From contig NC_042997.1 of NCBI RefSeq assembly GCF_006345805.1, positions 165,292,001-165,356,000 of the forward strand: a DNA stretch of 64,000 nucleotides, read 5' to 3'. The stretch is from Octopus sinensis (lineage: Eukaryota). Each line of letters opens with the position of its first letter. The first letter of the stretch is position 1. A program made the position numbers and the translations under genes. Under the pieces are notes generated by a model, which ran no database searches, was not told the origin of the DNA, and was given only the letters and a program-made list of their open reading frames with translations. Shown piece after piece: positions 60,401 to 64,000 of the stretch.

Positions 60401-61980
60401 TCAGTGAGCAGGTCAACTCAAGCAACAAACAAAAATATGCGCCAGCGGTATCAGTACTAGTGAGGTTGTCTAGTACATTGCAAGATAAGAGTCCTACAAA
60501 ATTGATCATTCAGGGAAACATGAGCAATAGAGTAATTAAAAAGGAGAAAAACTTCAGAAGATGCACTTGGATGAAAAGGATAAAGAATTAGCTGAACAGA
60601 TTAGAAAACAAGAAAAAAGAGCAAATTGCAATAAGAGTACATGTAAAGTCACAAATGAAGAAAATATCAAAAGATATAAAGTTAATTGATATTTCAAATT
60701 TTCAAATTAATTGTATGAGACATTCTTTAAAAAATATTCTTCAGCCCAGTCAGAAAAATATAGTTTCATAGCTTTATAATAAACTGAGAAAGCTGCATGA
60801 CAGAACAAAGTCAAATTGGAAATATAGATAAGTAATCCATGTTTTTTGCATACCAAAAGAACACTGGATAAAGTAGGAAAACTGACTTAGAAGAGAACAA
60901 AAAGAATTATTGTAATTTAGCTAGTTTTATTGATGGAACCAAACTATATCCCATAGTTATTTTTTAAAAGAAAGACAATTCCAAAAAGAAAATTTGCTTC
61001 GGGCCTTAAGTAATTGTTCACTGCTGCCCTGATAGAAAGATGGAGAAGGAATATGTTTAAGGCTAAGATTTAAAAAAGTATGAGATAAATGACCTGTAGT
61101 CTTTTAACCCTTTTGTTAACATATATCTTTTGAGATGCTCTGTGTTTCTTTCAATTAATTTTAAATATAACAAATAATTTGGTAAAATAACTTGGTTATC
61201 ATAAAGCTAGTGTTAGGGACATAAATTTTAACAAGATTTGGTGGAAGATTTTAATTCAGAATTTATGAAAACAAGACATCTGTACTACAGAGCCAGAGGT
61301 GATTTCACCCAGGTTGGTATGGAAAGGGTTAAAGAAACCCGATATGTTGGTGTGTAACCAGCATAGAGATCATCTTATTAAGCCATTGAAGTACATATTC
61401 AAAGTTATGAAAACACATTGTAAAAGCTTCCATACTCAGAAGTTAGTGTTTTGTCACATTACACATTGCCCTGTAACTCAGCAGCAAAAATATGACCACA
61501 GACCTACAGGTTTGAAACTGGCTGCAGTGAGAGAGAAGGTCACAACTTTTTTATTAAATGCCCACTTTCTTCCATGTTAGCATTGGTTGGACAAGATTTA
61601 TTCAGACAGTATCCCTGCAGCCAATTCTAGTTTTTCAAGTAATGCACTGGTCTTCATACATCAAAGCCACCAGGCTAGAGATCATATTGATTACAATACA
61701 CAATAGTAAACAATAGTTAATCAAAAATGATAAAATGTGAAGACAGGAGGTAAAAAATAGAAAAAATACACAACAGGCTTCCATACAATTTGTCTAACAA
61801 TTTACAAGACGTCATTAAACCTGAAGCTGAAATAGAAGACATTTGCTCAGGGAGCTACACAGTGAAATGTAATCCAAAACATGGTTGCAAAGTGAATTTT
61901 GCAACTACAGAGTCATGCCTGCACCTACAGCTAATTTTTAGCTACAAAAAGTGGTGTGATCACATATTTGAGATTGTCCT

Positions 61981-63177
61981 GGTATTGCTTTGCTAATGAA
62001 GATTAGGAAGGCTGCTGTCAACATTGTCTGTACACTCATTTGTGGCTGATAAGGATGATGTGGGATTGGCATATCCAATAGCAATGATGACAGGAATGGT
62101 TGTTCAGGGTCTGATAATGCAGCCACATTATTTTTTCATCTCTGATGTTGGTCTCCAAGAGAGGCACTGCAGGAGATCTCAAAGGAGGAAACAACATCAC
62201 TGATGGTATGGAACCAAGCGACATGGTCAGCTGTTAGAGTGGACCAGTCAAGATAATATCACAAATGCTACAGGACTGCTTCAGGCAGTCCTTGTAACGC
62301 CTCCTTGGTGTCCCTCCCCCATTGCGGTGGCCAGTGGTGAGCCCACCATACATGATGATCTTGGGTAGGTGTTATTCTTTCATCCTGCCAATGTGCCCTG
62401 CTCAATGCAGTCATGTCTCAAATAAAATGGCTTCCAGGCTGGTGACCTTTGCTCACTCAAGGACCTCAGTGTTGGTGATGCAGTCATTCCAGTAAATGTT
62501 GAGGATGGTAAGGAGGTAGCTTTGATGAAAACATTCAAGGAGATCGAGATGACAGCAGTAAGGGACCCAGGACTCAGAGCCATATAGGAGCATCGTGAGA
62601 ATGACAGCCCTGTAGAAGCTGATTTTAAGATGCCTGTTCCACACACGCTTATACAGTCTGCCAAATGCTTTGCCTTTGCAAGTCTTGTCAATTCCTTTGT
62701 CAATACTCACATCTGATGAAATGGTACATCCAAGATAAGTGAACTGTTGTACAAACTTCAGTTCTGTTTCAGCAATGGTGATGTGGGGTGGGCTGTACTC
62801 TTCCTGAGGAGCTGGTTGATGTAGGACTTCAGTTTTTTCAAGAGTGGTATACAGGGTCCACATAGTCACCAGACGCTGGTTGGGTGAGCACCAAACTGGG
62901 CTAAAACTTCCAATGAGTGATGCAAACCCCAAGGCCTACTTCCACCTTGTGGTACCAACTGGATCTCAACCAAAAGGAGAGGACGACTGCAGGTGTCTGG
63001 CAAAGCATAACCAGGCTGCTCTGAGCAGATGGGGCTCGTTAGCCATGATCGGCATCTTGTCTAGAACACACTGATATAAAATCTACGACTCGACAACCTC
63101 TGTCCTCGTCTCAGCTTGCTGGGCCACAGCAGATGAACCCCAGGTGTAAAGGGTGGGGTCAGTTCTGCACAGACTGC
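61981..63177 (-). mobile_element. Internally deleted RTE (BovB/AviRTE-like) element: non-coding 5' part joined to ORF 3' end
   Basis: KTEVLHQPAPQEEYSPPHITIAETELKFVQQFTYLGCTISSD...FGRLYKRVW...LLYGSESW; ORF homology stops near 62840 and about 330 nt of GC-richer non-coding sequence lies upstream. Confidence 0.8.
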
Positions 63178-64000
63178 ATTTCACCTTAAAATTTGAGACT
63201 GTCAATCTTAAGTAAATATGGTATGTATACCTGTGTGTCTACTAGAAACCTCAAAAGCAACCTTCAAAAGCAGCAAGAAAATATCATCACACTATACTGC
63301 CCTCAATTTTACTTCAATTGTTGGGTTTTCTACCACGAAGGACCTCTCCTGGTGAAACATCTTTAACATAGCTAGGACTGCATCCTAACTGGATTTTTTC
63401 TTTTGATCAGAGCCAGAAGATACTTCTGCTCCTAGCAATTTATCAATTATATATAAAGCTCAGATGAAACCAGTGCTGCAGTTGCAGACAAACAACCAAG
63501 ACTGCATCCACAAAAAAACCCACCATACTGAATGACAGAGTCACTCACAGATACATCCTAGCTTCTGGACAACAAGTGAGTGAACTGTTTTTGAAATTCA
63601 AATCCTAAATGGACTAAGCATATAAGTGGTATCTGAGCTGACACTGGAGATGGCAAAACACTGCCTTTTCTACCTTAACTCTAATTCTGGCATTCCTATC
63701 TCACTAGTGTCCCCTTTCATCACTCTTGTAGTGTCCAACTTTCTCAGGCTCAAAGCTCTTCACTAAGTCCAGTTCTTAGAATGCCATCTCTCTGGAACAC
63801 CTCTGTTCATATCTTTCCTGCATTTATTGAGATAACCAACAGGAATATTAATAGCATCTATGTCACTTATCTGAGAGCTTACAAAAGCCATGGGTAGTTT
63901 GCCCCTTCCTTCAGACCCAGCAAGTAAAAAAAAAAAAAATGAGCCTTTTAGTCGTATTATGTGGCACTTGTTTGGCAAACAGTCAAACAACAGAATGGTT

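Noticed and set aside
57483-64000. Search for IPO4 exon 1 (expected LL.PD-type motif followed by a donor)
   Set aside because: No matching exon found. The region stays CpG-poor to the window end, so the promoter is probably further right.

Overview
AT-rich, repeat-dense animal genomic DNA. The (TA)n/(TATG)n microsatellites and the SINE/LINE/MITE families suggest a coleoid cephalopod, probably Octopus (inference from repeat recognition, not a search). Most of the window (20513-57480) is a minus-strand importin-4 (IPO4) gene. I reconstructed 28 GT-AG coding exons by hand; they join into one open frame of 3192 nt ending in TGA, and the first coding exon was not found and probably lies beyond 64000. 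Notable items: (i) a minor-spliceosome (U12-type) intron in IPO4; (ii) an intronless, 3'-truncated CNDP2-like pseudogene inside an IPO4 intron, preceded by a cryptic acceptor that is in frame with the upstream IPO4 exon; (iii) a minimal type-I hammerhead-ribozyme motif with a palindromic stem III in a fold-back repeat near 1 kb; (iv) a fold-back DD41-type (rosa) mariner derivative; (v) an internally deleted RTE element resembling AviRTE/BovB; (vi) CR1-clade LINE copies whose 3' end is shared with a SINE family; (vii) a candidate promoter and first exon (MVK) of a second minus-strand gene near 8.9 kb. No CRISPR array, rRNA or bona fide tRNA gene was seen. All coordinates were read by eye, so repeat boundaries are approximate.
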